A stretch of 64,000 nucleotides of DNA from Candidatus Poribacteria bacterium. Its GTDB lineage: Bacteria; Poribacteria; WGA-4E; WGA-3G. The notes beneath the pieces are model-generated. The model saw nothing but the letters and a program-made list of their open reading frames with translations. It did no database searches and was not told the origin of the DNA. Below are positions 25,370 to 34,453 of the stretch, piece after piece. The stretch spans positions 700,908-764,907 of the forward strand of contig OZ243938.1 in NCBI GenBank assembly GCA_965214095.1. Reading direction: 5' to 3'. Position numbers and translations under genes: made by a program. How positions within the stretch are numbered: the first letter of the stretch is position 1; each line of letters starts with the position of its first letter.

Positions 25370-26659
25370 TCACCCAATCTGCTTCAACCCACCCATATAC
25401 GGCTGCAACACTGCTGGCAAACGCACTGTCCCATCGGGATTCTGATAAGTCTCAAGCAGTGCTATAACGACCCTCGGCAACGCAGTACCAGACGCATTGA
25501 GCGTATGAATAAACTCCGGTTTCGCACCGGCTTCAGGACGATACCGTATATTTGCGCGACGTGCTTGGAATGCCTCAAAGTTACTACAAGAAGATACCTC
25601 TAAATATCTTTCCCTCGCTGGTGCCCAAACTTCAATATCATAGCATTTCGCTGCAGCAAATGACAGTTCCACAGTGCAATGTTGGACAACACGGTACACG
25701 AGACCGAGTGCCTGCAATACTGTCTCCGCATTTTCCAAGAGTGATTCATGTTCTGCATAAGAAGTTTCTGGTGTGGTGAACTTAACCATCTCCACTTTGT
25801 CAAATTGATGGATACGTTGTAATCCGCGTGTATCCTTTCCATACGCCCCCGCTTCACGCCGGAAACATGGTGTATAAGCAGTATAGTAGATAGGCAACTC
25901 GTCAGCAGATAATATCTCACCCGCAAATAGGTTTGTAACAGGCACTTCAGCTGTCGGTATCAGAAATAGATCGCTATCTGGATTTTCTTCATCTCTGTCG
26001 CACCGATACATATCCGATTCAAACTTTGGGAGTTGACCTGTACCTGTCATTGTTGGACGATTAGCAAGAAACGGTGGTGATACCTCAGTGTACCCATGTT
26101 CGGTCGTGTGCAAATCAAGCATGAACTGAATCAAAGCACGTTCCAACTTTGCTCCCAAACCTTTGAACAGCACAAAGTTGCTACCTGCTACCTTTGCTCC
26201 ACGCTGAAAATCAACAATGTCCAATTGTTCAGCGATCTCCCAATGTGGTTTGAGTTCAAAATCACAACTCGGTTTTTCACCCCATGTCTTAATCTCAGTA
26301 TTATCATCTTCACTGGTGCCAAAAGGTGTACTTTCCTCTGGCATATTTGGGATTGTTAAGAGGATAGCATCAATCTTTGATTTTAACTCGTTTGCTTCAG
26401 CGGTTCGTTCTTTTATGTCCTGTGAGAGTTTCCGCATTTCAGCAATTGTTTCTGAGGCATCCTGCTTTTCCTTCTTCAATTGGGCAATTTGTTGGGATAC
26501 CTGATTCTGGTGTGCTTGCAGCGTTTGTGTGTGCGTTAAATTCTCTCGCCACTGAGTATCCAGATCTATGAGTGCGTCTAAGTCTGCATCTGTTTGACGA
26601 TCTGCTAACATTTTGCGAACTGCATCAGTATTTTCTCTGATAAATTTGAGGTCAACCAC
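25370..26659 (-). CDS. serS: Seryl-tRNA synthetase
   Basis: GTG start giving MVDLKFIRENTDAV. It has an N-terminal coiled-coil arm and class II motifs (FRREAGAYGKDTRGLQRIHQFDKVE, GTALPRVVIALLE). Confidence 0.9.
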   Translation of the reverse strand: MVDLKFIRENTDAVRKMLADRQTDADLDALIDLDTQWRENLTHTQTLQAHQNQVSQQIAQLKKEKQDASETIAEMRKLSQDIKERTAEANELKSKIDAILLTIPNMPEESTPFGTSEDDNTEIKTWGEKPSCDFELKPHWEIAEQLDIVDFQRGAKVAGSNFVLFKGLGAKLERALIQFMLDLHTTEHGYTEVSPPFLANRPTMTGTGQLPKFESDMYRCDRDEENPDSDLFLIPTAEVPVTNLFAGEILSADELPIYYTAYTPCFRREAGAYGKDTRGLQRIHQFDKVEMVKFTTPETSYAEHESLLENAETVLQALGLVYRVVQHCTVELSFAAAKCYDIEVWAPARERYLEVSSCSNFEAFQARRANIRYRPEAGAKPEFIHTLNASGTALPRVVIALLETYQNPDGTVRLPAVLQPYMGGLKQIG

Positions 26660-26779
26660 GTCGGTTCTGCTCCTCTACTGTAGGGGATTGTATAAAAACA
26701 CATAAGTGTATGTGAGAAATGTAACGAAAAAACCACAGCATTGTTTGGTACAACCTGTGGCTATTCTTTGTAATATGAA

Positions 26780-26855
26780 CGGGCCCGACGGGACTTGAAC
26801 CCGCGACCTCCTGCGTGACAGGCAGGCGCGCTAAACCAAACTGCGCCACGAGCCC
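26780..26855 (-). tRNA. tRNA-Asp (anticodon GUC)
   Basis: The minus strand folds as GGGCTCG-TG-GCGC-AGTTTGGTTTA-GCGC-G-CCTGC-CTGTCAC-GCAGG-AGGTC-GCGGG-TTCAAGT-CCCGT-CGGGCCC plus a discriminator. All four stems pair, and CCA is not encoded. Confidence 0.9.
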
Positions 26856-26874
26856 ATAAGATGCCTCTAACAAG

Positions 26875-26948
26875 TAGGCGGGACAGGACTTGAACCTGTG
26901 ACCTACAGCTTGTAAGGCTGTCGCTCTAGCCACCTGAGCTACCCGCCC
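26875..26948 (-). tRNA. tRNA-Val (anticodon UAC)
   Basis: The minus strand folds as GGGCGGG-TA-GCTC-AGGTGGCTA-GAGC-G-ACAGC-CTTACAA-GCTGT-AGGTC-ACAGG-TTCAAGT-CCTGT-CCCGCCT plus a discriminator A. Confidence 0.9.
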
Positions 26949-27056
26949 AAAATGAGATTGTAGCATCATCTCATCTCAAGACAATGTTAAGTATAACACA
27001 AACGCTGCGGTTTGTCAAGAAAATATGATTTTTTTCGTAGATTTTTGGTGTGTGTT

Positions 27057-27554
27057 TCAGGCTATTACATCCATTATTTCTTGAGTAATTTCATCAATCA
27101 ACTTTTCGTCAACACATATAACCTTTGTAAAATACCCTTTGTTTGCCAACATCCTAAAATATTGGGATCTGTAAACATATTCCTCCCTTATTATCTGTAT
27201 GTATCCATTATCTATTCCGTTGTATCGTTCTAACAGTCTTTCATGCTGAGTTTTCTCAGACTGTATGTCCAGAAAAAAATGTTTGCCCTTTTCAAAGTAT
27301 TGACTGTCAATGAGACCGCATTTCGAAAACCTGTCTGTACTACCCTCACTTAGGTGTCCGACAGGAAAAACTATGGAAGATGCATATTCTGATATGATAA
27401 CAATACCTTTTTTATCTGGATCCTCTAAATATCTTTTAAATTCACGCTTACCGTCATAAACAACAGATTCGGATATAAGGGATTTTAGGTGATATGCTAT
27501 AGTCGTCTTGCCTGCCCCCTGCACCCCGCTCAATGATATTATGTTAGATTCCAT
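27057..27554 (-). CDS. Small P-loop NTPase / nucleotide-kinase-like protein
   Basis: 165 aa with Walker A LSGVQGAGKTTIAYHL near the N-terminus and a candidate Walker B (IVIISEY). No other motif was recognised. Confidence 0.5.
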   Translation of the reverse strand: MESNIISLSGVQGAGKTTIAYHLKSLISESVVYDGKREFKRYLEDPDKKGIVIISEYASSIVFPVGHLSEGSTDRFSKCGLIDSQYFEKGKHFFLDIQSEKTQHERLLERYNGIDNGYIQIIREEYVYRSQYFRMLANKGYFTKVICVDEKLIDEITQEIMDVIA

Positions 27555-27934
27555 CTGAATCCTCCTCCGATTTCAGCGTTTTAGTTTTTTTAACGTGATG
27601 GACTTTCCGAACCTATTAGCAGAAAGTAGTACTGCTAACAATTCTCTGTGTGTCTCATCTTATACCATTTCTAATAAAGAACATACCAATAAAGAAATAG
27701 TTGGTTCGTAGTCGCGCAATTCATTGCGCCTCTTACATTTAAATGAAAATTGAAAATCATTTTTAGATATAGTATTAGACTACACCCAAAACGACACCAA
27801 CGGTACACCTCAAAGATTAGGAAGCAGTTTGACGTAACCCACACATGCATCGTGAATTGTTGTCACATATATTGTGACAAAGATGCAAAATATGTGCAAT
27901 AAGAATAAATTAGGTAGTGCATAAAGTTGCTGTC

Positions 27935-28120
27935 ACCATAGACATCAATTTAAGGAAAATTACGCATTATTCCCCGTGACGGTAGGTTCGGTTTCCTAAC
28001 CGAACAGGACCTTCCGCGGAAACCTTTATGAACGGCTTATCACAAAACCGGTTCGGTTAGGAAACCGAACCTACCAGCCTAGGATTGTAGCGTAATTCCT
28101 CCTAAATTGACACCTATGGT
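27935..28120. repeat. REPIN-like nested palindromic element (~186 bp)
   Basis: The outer arms are ACCATAGACATCAATTTAAGG...CCTAAATTGACACCTATGGT. The inner arms are an inverted pair of REP units, GGTAGGTTCGGTTTCCTAACCGAAC (27981-28005) and GTTCGGTTAGGAAACCGAACCTACC (28051-28075). Confidence 0.8.
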
Positions 28121-28250
28121 ACGGTTCCTAAGAGAATCATGTAGAATACTAAACGCGTATTCTATATTGCACATGCTACCAATAGCATTCATACCGTTGA
28201 TTCGGAAATTTATATGAACAAATTCACCAATAATTTGCCTAACCATATAA

Positions 28251-30440
28251 ATGTTCATTCATAAAAAACCAGAGGTAATGAGGAAGACAATGAAAAATAT
28301 CACTTCAATATTAACTACAACCCTTATATTTTACATAGTATTTACTATTAGCACTTTTGCACAGAATACGGTCTCAAAAGATGAAACTCGGTTTGACCTT
28401 GATGGTAACGGTCAACTGAGTACCACAGAAAGCGATCTCATGACAAGGATCTTGAGAATAGAACGGGAGAGCGGTGTCCAATTCAATCAACGCGAGATAC
28501 GTGAAATACGCGATGGACAACGTAACGGATTTAACCAATCTCGCGGTGGAGGCAGATCTGGTAGATCACGAGGTTCCAGAACACCTACAGGTCCGCGTCT
28601 AAACCCAGAACAAGTTCAATTCAAAGATGGTACAGCGACGGTTGCCGATCGTGAAACTTTCAAAAAACTCTCATATCAAGGAACAGATGTACGTATTGAT
28701 ACGCAGCTAATTGGTATTGAGTATGTCAAATTTCAGGTTGAAAATACTAACACAAAAAAACCGCAACTTTATTTCATGAATACGAAGACACATCGTTCTC
28801 ACGGCAGTTTTATGCAAGCAGCTGGATTAAGCAGAGGACAAGGACAGATGCGTGGTGTGCTGAGTTTTCGTCCGCTTTCCACATCCCCAAACGGTGAACC
28901 CGGTGTCTATACCTTTGAATTCAACCCGAATGACGCTTTTCCTTTTACACAAATAAAGATGGTTCATGACCTACTTGTGTCAAAAATGCCTATCTTGAAG
29001 AATAGATTAGGATATTGTCCATTATGGGGTGCAATTGGAATTTATAATCGGGAGAAATCGTTATACGATGCTGCTGAATTCCCTGTCTATTTTGAGGACG
29101 ACATCTATGCTAACATCGGTTTCCTTCCATTAAATATAGCGGAATCCTACGGCATACTACGGATATTAGATACAAATGAACGTCCATCACCTCGAAACAT
29201 TGTTATCTGCAAAGCGTTACCGAATGAAATGCCACGAGTTGCTGGTATTATCACAGGGGTTCGCCAAACCCCGCTTTCCCACGTCAACCTTCGTGCAATA
29301 CAAGATAAAGTTCCAAATGCATTTATTGACAATGCCTGGGAAAAGGATCGGATTAAACCTCTTATAGGTAAATATGTCTACTACAAGGTCAACCACGACG
29401 GTTTTGAAATTAGGGAGGCAACGCAAGCGGAGGTAGAAACTCATTTTGCCGGTATCCGTCCTGTGAATACGCAGAAACCTAAACGCAACTTGTCTATTAA
29501 ACAGATATTGCCGCTTGATAATATTAGGTTCGGAGATTCATCAAGTTTCGGTGTGAAAACAGCAAATGTGGCAACATTACGGACAATTGATCTTCCCGAT
29601 GGTACTGTGCCTGATGGTTTTGGTGTTCCCTTTTACTTTTATGACGAATTTATGAAACATAACGACTTCTATACGAAAGCTGAAACGTTGCTCAAAGATC
29701 TGGGTTCTCAGAATGCACAAGATACGAGAATTGATAAACTCAAGAAGTTCAGAACGCAAATTACAAAGGGGGAGATGCCTGTTTGGATGATGACTGCACT
29801 GGAAGAAATACAAAAATCCTTTCCTGATGACACGCCTCTGAGATGTCGTTCAAGTACTAACAATGAGGATTTACCCGGATTTAGTGGGGCAGGACTATAC
29901 GATTCCTTCACACACAATCCAGATGAGGGACATCTATCAAAGTCTATTAAACAGGTGTATGCAAGTCTATGGAACTATAGGGCGTTTGAAGCGCGTGACT
30001 TCTATAGGATTGACCATTTCACAACGGCAATGGGTGTCCTTATCCATCCCAATTTCAAGGATGAAGTGGCTAACGGTGTCGCAGTTACAGATGATGTCGT
30101 ATACCAGACAGTAGGGAACTATTACCTCAATACACAAGTTGGTGAGGACCTTGTTACAAATCCTGAAGAACAATCAATTCCAGAGGAGATATTGTTAGAC
30201 TGGCGTGATAGTAGTCTTTATAGAATTGTCTCAACATCTAATCGTAAAGCAGACAATGGGAGGATTTTGACAGACAGGTATCTGCGTGAAATACGTAGTT
30301 ATCTCGGCAAAATACACAATAAATTTGACCTGCTTTATACATCTAATTCACAAACGAGTGATTTTGCGATGGAGATTGAATTCAAAATTACCAAAAATGG
30401 GAAACTTTCAATAAAACAAGCGAGACCCTGGGTGCGGTAG
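28251..30440 (+). CDS. Exported protein with EF-hand loop and PEP/pyruvate-binding (PPDK N-terminal, ATP-grasp-like) domain
   Basis: N-terminal hydrophobic signal/anchor ending in TFAQN. DLDGNGQLSTTE fits the 12-residue EF-hand loop, followed by a Gly/Arg-rich linker. SFGVKTANVATL and RCRSSTNNEDLPGFSGAGLYDS match PPDK_N-type motifs. Confidence 0.6.
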   Translation: MFIHKKPEVMRKTMKNITSILTTTLIFYIVFTISTFAQNTVSKDETRFDLDGNGQLSTTESDLMTRILRIERESGVQFNQREIREIRDGQRNGFNQSRGGGRSGRSRGSRTPTGPRLNPEQVQFKDGTATVADRETFKKLSYQGTDVRIDTQLIGIEYVKFQVENTNTKKPQLYFMNTKTHRSHGSFMQAAGLSRGQGQMRGVLSFRPLSTSPNGEPGVYTFEFNPNDAFPFTQIKMVHDLLVSKMPILKNRLGYCPLWGAIGIYNREKSLYDAAEFPVYFEDDIYANIGFLPLNIAESYGILRILDTNERPSPRNIVICKALPNEMPRVAGIITGVRQTPLSHVNLRAIQDKVPNAFIDNAWEKDRIKPLIGKYVYYKVNHDGFEIREATQAEVETHFAGIRPVNTQKPKRNLSIKQILPLDNIRFGDSSSFGVKTANVATLRTIDLPDGTVPDGFGVPFYFYDEFMKHNDFYTKAETLLKDLGSQNAQDTRIDKLKKFRTQITKGEMPVWMMTALEEIQKSFPDDTPLRCRSSTNNEDLPGFSGAGLYDSFTHNPDEGHLSKSIKQVYASLWNYRAFEARDFYRIDHFTTAMGVLIHPNFKDEVANGVAVTDDVVYQTVGNYYLNTQVGEDLVTNPEEQSIPEEILLDWRDSSLYRIVSTSNRKADNGRILTDRYLREIRSYLGKIHNKFDLLYTSNSQTSDFAMEIEFKITKNGKLSIKQARPWVR

Positions 30441-30492
30441 TTTGACAGTAGAATCCTGCAGAATCCTAGGTTAGAGCATTTCTTAATAATAA

Positions 30493-30663
30493 CCATAGGC
30501 ATCAATTTAGCGTCCTTTCAGGCCGGTAGGTTCGGTTTCCTAACCGAACCGGATCTTCCGCGAAAACCTTTATGAACGCTATTGGCACAAACCCGGTTCG
30601 GTTTCCTAACCGAACCTACCGCCCTGAGATTATAGCGTCCTTCCCCTAAATTGATGCCTATGG
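30493..30663. repeat. REPIN-like nested palindromic element (~171 bp), same family and orientation as 27935-28120
   Basis: The outer arms are CCATAGGCATCAATTTAG...CTAAATTGATGCCTATGG. REP units lie at 30526-30551 and 30595-30620. The central CTTCCGCG(G/A)AAACCTTTATGAACG is shared with the first copy. Confidence 0.8.
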
Positions 30664-30780
30664 AGCATTTCTAAATAAAAACCAATCATTATCATATTTC
30701 ACCATAAGAACATACCGATTACAACTACAACACAAATTCTCTTGATAAATCTTTCTAATGTTGATAAACTAACAACATAA

Positions 30781-32088
30781 ATGTGTTTAAATGACATGGA
30801 GGACGTAAAGGTGAATAGATTCTACGCATTCTTATGTATTATTACCGTTAGCATATTCATGGTTGTTGGATTAGCTGCTATAGGTGAAGCAACTACTGAA
30901 GAGGAACCACAGCCACCTCAAAAGGAAACCCACCCATCTGAAAAACGTGTTGCAGTTTTGCATTTTAAAGATAACAGTAATTTTGATGATCCAGTCGGTT
31001 GTGGTTGTGTACCAAACTTCGTCGGTGCTGTTTTTAGCACAAAAAAAATGTGGGATTTGGAAGCAGGTTTCGCAACTATGCTTGATCGAAAACTCGCAGA
31101 AACATCTGTCTACCAACCGGTTTCACGAGATGAACTACTGGATGCTATGGCACAGATGACCTTATCAAGACGTAACCTAATGAAACTTGATAAAGACCAA
31201 CGTGCAAAACTTGCTAAACTACTCAATGCGGATGTGCTTATTGTCGGAGAAATAAAAGATTTCGGACAAAGAAGAATGAAGGCAAATGCTTCAAGGTCTT
31301 TGACAGAAAGTGGAAGAGAAACACAATCAGTACCCATATCCACAAGTTATATGACCAGATTTGCAGCTATGGGACACAGAAATAGAGCTTTTGTAAAACT
31401 TAACATGAAATTTTACGAAGCCTCCGGAAATGAAATCGCTACTGTACCAATTAACGTATCTCTTACGGATAGTCTCGCTGGGACAAATATCGCTGGATTG
31501 AAGGCTTCTGTTACTGAATCCGGCTCCGAATTTCAATTTGGACAGACTAAGGAAAAACTTGGAAACCGCACTCGGCCAATCACTAAACCTACACAACTAA
31601 ATAAAATAAAATTCGCTTCTCCTGAGTACGATAGGACTCTTTCTGGTCTAGCAACAAATGAAGCACTTATTAAGACCGTCATTGAACTTAGAGATAGCTT
31701 TGGCCCAAACTTCATAACGCCATGGGAAACACCTGAGAATAAAGAGGAGCAAAAGAAGCAAATTGACGAAGCAATGGCTAAACGTCCAGTCAAAATTACT
31801 TATGTTGACACCAATGACCCAGATCTGGTTTACATTTACATTAATGCGGGTTCTGCGAAAGGAATAGCGATCGATCAACAGTTTGCAGTATATACTGATG
31901 GCGCACCAATCCGAGACGTTGATACAGGTGAAATCCTTGATTATACAAAGAAGAAAATAGCAACTGTCGCTGTTACGGAAATCCTGAACGAGAAACTCTC
32001 TATCGTAAAAATAGTTGAAAAAACAGGGGATATCAAACGAGGGGATTTACTAAAATCACTTACTACAGATGATCCAAAGGAACAATAA
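30781..32088 (+). CDS. Hypothetical exported/anchored protein
   Basis: 435-aa ORF with an N-terminal hydrophobic anchor. VAVLHFKDNS...ADVLIVGEIKDFG is loosely reminiscent of CsgG/LpoB-type lipoprotein modules. No firm motif. Confidence 0.4.
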   Translation: MCLNDMEDVKVNRFYAFLCIITVSIFMVVGLAAIGEATTEEEPQPPQKETHPSEKRVAVLHFKDNSNFDDPVGCGCVPNFVGAVFSTKKMWDLEAGFATMLDRKLAETSVYQPVSRDELLDAMAQMTLSRRNLMKLDKDQRAKLAKLLNADVLIVGEIKDFGQRRMKANASRSLTESGRETQSVPISTSYMTRFAAMGHRNRAFVKLNMKFYEASGNEIATVPINVSLTDSLAGTNIAGLKASVTESGSEFQFGQTKEKLGNRTRPITKPTQLNKIKFASPEYDRTLSGLATNEALIKTVIELRDSFGPNFITPWETPENKEEQKKQIDEAMAKRPVKITYVDTNDPDLVYIYINAGSAKGIAIDQQFAVYTDGAPIRDVDTGEILDYTKKKIATVAVTEILNEKLSIVKIVEKTGDIKRGDLLKSLTTDDPKEQ

Positions 32089-32104
32089 TTTTGGAGGGTT
32101 TAGT

Positions 32105-33223
32105 ATGAATTTTTCCCATTTTCAATCACTGTTCAGAAATAAGAATACATCAGAATATTTGGTGTATACCATAATCATGACAGTAATATGTTGTTCTATG
32201 ATATTTTTCGGTTGTACAGACACATCAAACAAAGAGAAGTCAGATACACTACAAGATGGAAAAGTAGACTCGTCTGAAAAAAAAATAAAAATCGGGTTAT
32301 CCATGGATTCTTTACGAGTCGAACGGTGGCAGAAAGACAGGGATATATTCATCCGTGAAGCAGAGAAATTAGGGGCGGAAGTCATTGTACAATCTGCCGA
32401 TGAAGATGCTGTAAAACAGAACGAACAAGCAGAAAATATGATTACACAAGGAGTTGATGTCCTGGTTGTGATTCCAAAGGACAGTGTAGCCTCATCTCAA
32501 ATTGTAAAAGCCGCACATGCAGAAGGAGTCAAGGTAATCGCCTACGATCGGCTGATACGGGAAAGCGAACCGGACCTTTATATCTCCTTTGACAACGAAC
32601 AAGTCGGTTATTTACAAGCAGAATATCTACTCCGACATAAACCTAAAGGAAATTACTTTTTACTCGGTGGGGATCCAGGGGACAACAACGCTCACCTACT
32701 ACGAAAAGGGCAACTTCGCGCACTACAATCTGCAATTGAATCAGAAGATATTAAGTTAGTCGCAGACGCAAAACATTGGGCTGTTGGATGGGATCGCAAC
32801 GATGCACTTAACAAAACAGAACAAGTCCTAACCCAAACAAACAATCAGATAGATGCTGTTGTAGCATCAAATGATGGCACTGCTGGTGGGGTAATTCAAG
32901 CTCTTGAAGGACAAAATCTTGCAGGGAAAGTTCTCGTTTCTGGACAAGATGCTGACATTGAAGCGTGCCAAAGAATCGCTAAAGGCACACAAACCATGAC
33001 GGTATACAAACCCATTGATCTCATCGCAACAGAAGCTGCACACGCTGCGGTTGCTCTTGCAAAAGGAGAGAAAGTTAAAAAAGCAACACAGAAAATCAAT
33101 AATGGGAAAGTTGATGTACCATCAATAATACTCACACCAATTCAAGTTGATAAGGATAACCTTGATAAGGTGATTATTGAAGGCGGATTCCATACACGCG
33201 AAAAAGTATATCAATCTAAATGA
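32105..33223 (+). CDS. Sugar ABC transporter substrate-binding protein, XylF-like
   Basis: The ORF track gives 32069; the ATG at 32105 lies 7 nt after GGAGG. It has a lipoprotein-like FFGC. KIGLSMDSLRVERWQKDRDIFIREAEKLGAEVIVQSADEDAVKQNEQAENMI closely follows the D-xylose-binding protein pattern. Confidence 0.65.
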   Translation: MNFSHFQSLFRNKNTSEYLVYTIIMTVICCSMIFFGCTDTSNKEKSDTLQDGKVDSSEKKIKIGLSMDSLRVERWQKDRDIFIREAEKLGAEVIVQSADEDAVKQNEQAENMITQGVDVLVVIPKDSVASSQIVKAAHAEGVKVIAYDRLIRESEPDLYISFDNEQVGYLQAEYLLRHKPKGNYFLLGGDPGDNNAHLLRKGQLRALQSAIESEDIKLVADAKHWAVGWDRNDALNKTEQVLTQTNNQIDAVVASNDGTAGGVIQALEGQNLAGKVLVSGQDADIEACQRIAKGTQTMTVYKPIDLIATEAAHAAVALAKGEKVKKATQKINNGKVDVPSIILTPIQVDKDNLDKVIIEGGFHTREKVYQSK

Positions 33224-33245
33224 TATATGATTCGGTTTATGTGAG

Positions 33246-34442
33246 TTAACTCAGCAATACAAGGTTATCCCGATGTATAATTTCATCGTAATCGTGATAA
33301 CCGAGTATCTTCTTTATGTCCTGAGTCTGTTTTCCGGCAAGTTTAGTAGTTTCTGTAGAATTATAATTGATCAATCCACGCGCAATTTCTACACCATTTT
33401 CGGTGAAACAGGAGACAGTATCGCTAAAATTAAAATGTCCTTCAACACGTTTAATTCCTGCTGGTAATAAACTCTTGCCACCTTGAATAAGTGCATCACG
33501 TGCTCCATTATCTACAACGACATATCCTTTGGGAGGACGGGAATAGGCGATCCATCTTTTACGACCAGAGATACGTTCATTGGATCGGAAAAGCGTACCA
33601 AGCAGCTCCCCTTTTAAGAGACGCGTGACCACAAGCGGTTCACGTCCATAAGCAATAACCAACATCTCACCAGATGACGTAACGATTTCTGCAGCTCTCA
33701 ATTTGGTTATCATGCCACCTGTCCCACTTGTTGTGCCTGCTTCCCCCGCAGATTGCCATATCTCATCTGTAATCACATCAACTGTATGTATGAGTTCAAC
33801 ATCTGGATTATGTCGTGGGTCTGCTGTAAATAATCCTTGTTGGTCAGAAAGAAGGATAAGCAAATCTGCCTGTGCAAGGTTTGTCACATAAGCAGATAAC
33901 GTGTCGTTGTCACCAACTTTTATTTCATCTACGGCGACACTGTCATTTTCATTGATAATAGGAATCGCGCCGAGTTGAAGAAGTGCATGTAATGCGTCAT
34001 TCATGCGGGTATAACGCTTTCTGTCTGAAAAATCGTCTTGGGTGAGTAACAACTGGGCAGGACATTGACCATAAAAACGGAATCGTTCTTCATAAGCAGA
34101 CATCAACCGAATCTGTCCAACTGCGGCAGCTGCCTGCAATACAGGGAGGGTTTGTTGGTGGGAATTCACACCCAAATGCGGAAGGCCAGCAGCAATCGCT
34201 CCAGAGGTAACAAGTATTACCTCTATTCCATTTTTCTTGACAGTCGCTAAATCGTGAACTAATCCATCAAGTGCTGATTCGTTGATGCGATAATCGTCTG
34301 AAATCGTACTACTACCGACCTTTACAACTATACGTCTAACTTCAGATAGCGATTCACGTCCATGTGTCAACTTGGCTTTGTCTATTTCTTTCACCTTTTT
34401 AGGAACTTTGTTTTGTAGGAATATTTCTTCGGTTTTATCCAT
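33246..34442 (-). CDS. proB: Glutamate 5-kinase with C-terminal PUA domain
   Basis: RIVVKVGSSTI, VTSGAIAAG, GDNDTLSA and GTGGMITKL motifs, plus a PUA-like tail. Confidence 0.9.
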   Translation of the reverse strand: MDKTEEIFLQNKVPKKVKEIDKAKLTHGRESLSEVRRIVVKVGSSTISDDYRINESALDGLVHDLATVKKNGIEVILVTSGAIAAGLPHLGVNSHQQTLPVLQAAAAVGQIRLMSAYEERFRFYGQCPAQLLLTQDDFSDRKRYTRMNDALHALLQLGAIPIINENDSVAVDEIKVGDNDTLSAYVTNLAQADLLILLSDQQGLFTADPRHNPDVELIHTVDVITDEIWQSAGEAGTTSGTGGMITKLRAAEIVTSSGEMLVIAYGREPLVVTRLLKGELLGTLFRSNERISGRKRWIAYSRPPKGYVVVDNGARDALIQGGKSLLPAGIKRVEGHFNFSDTVSCFTENGVEIARGLINYNSTETTKLAGKQTQDIKKILGYHDYDEIIHRDNLVLLS

Positions 34443-34453
34443 TTTCTGTCACT

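Noticed and set aside
26652-26969. 105-aa minus-strand ORF.
   Set aside because: It is made up almost entirely of the two tRNA genes and the serS leader, so it is not coding.
21304-27056. Integrated prophage or integrative element at the tRNA genes.
   Set aside because: No integrase, excisionase, phage structural genes or duplicated tRNA 3' end (att) could be found. Only compositional and contextual hints remain.
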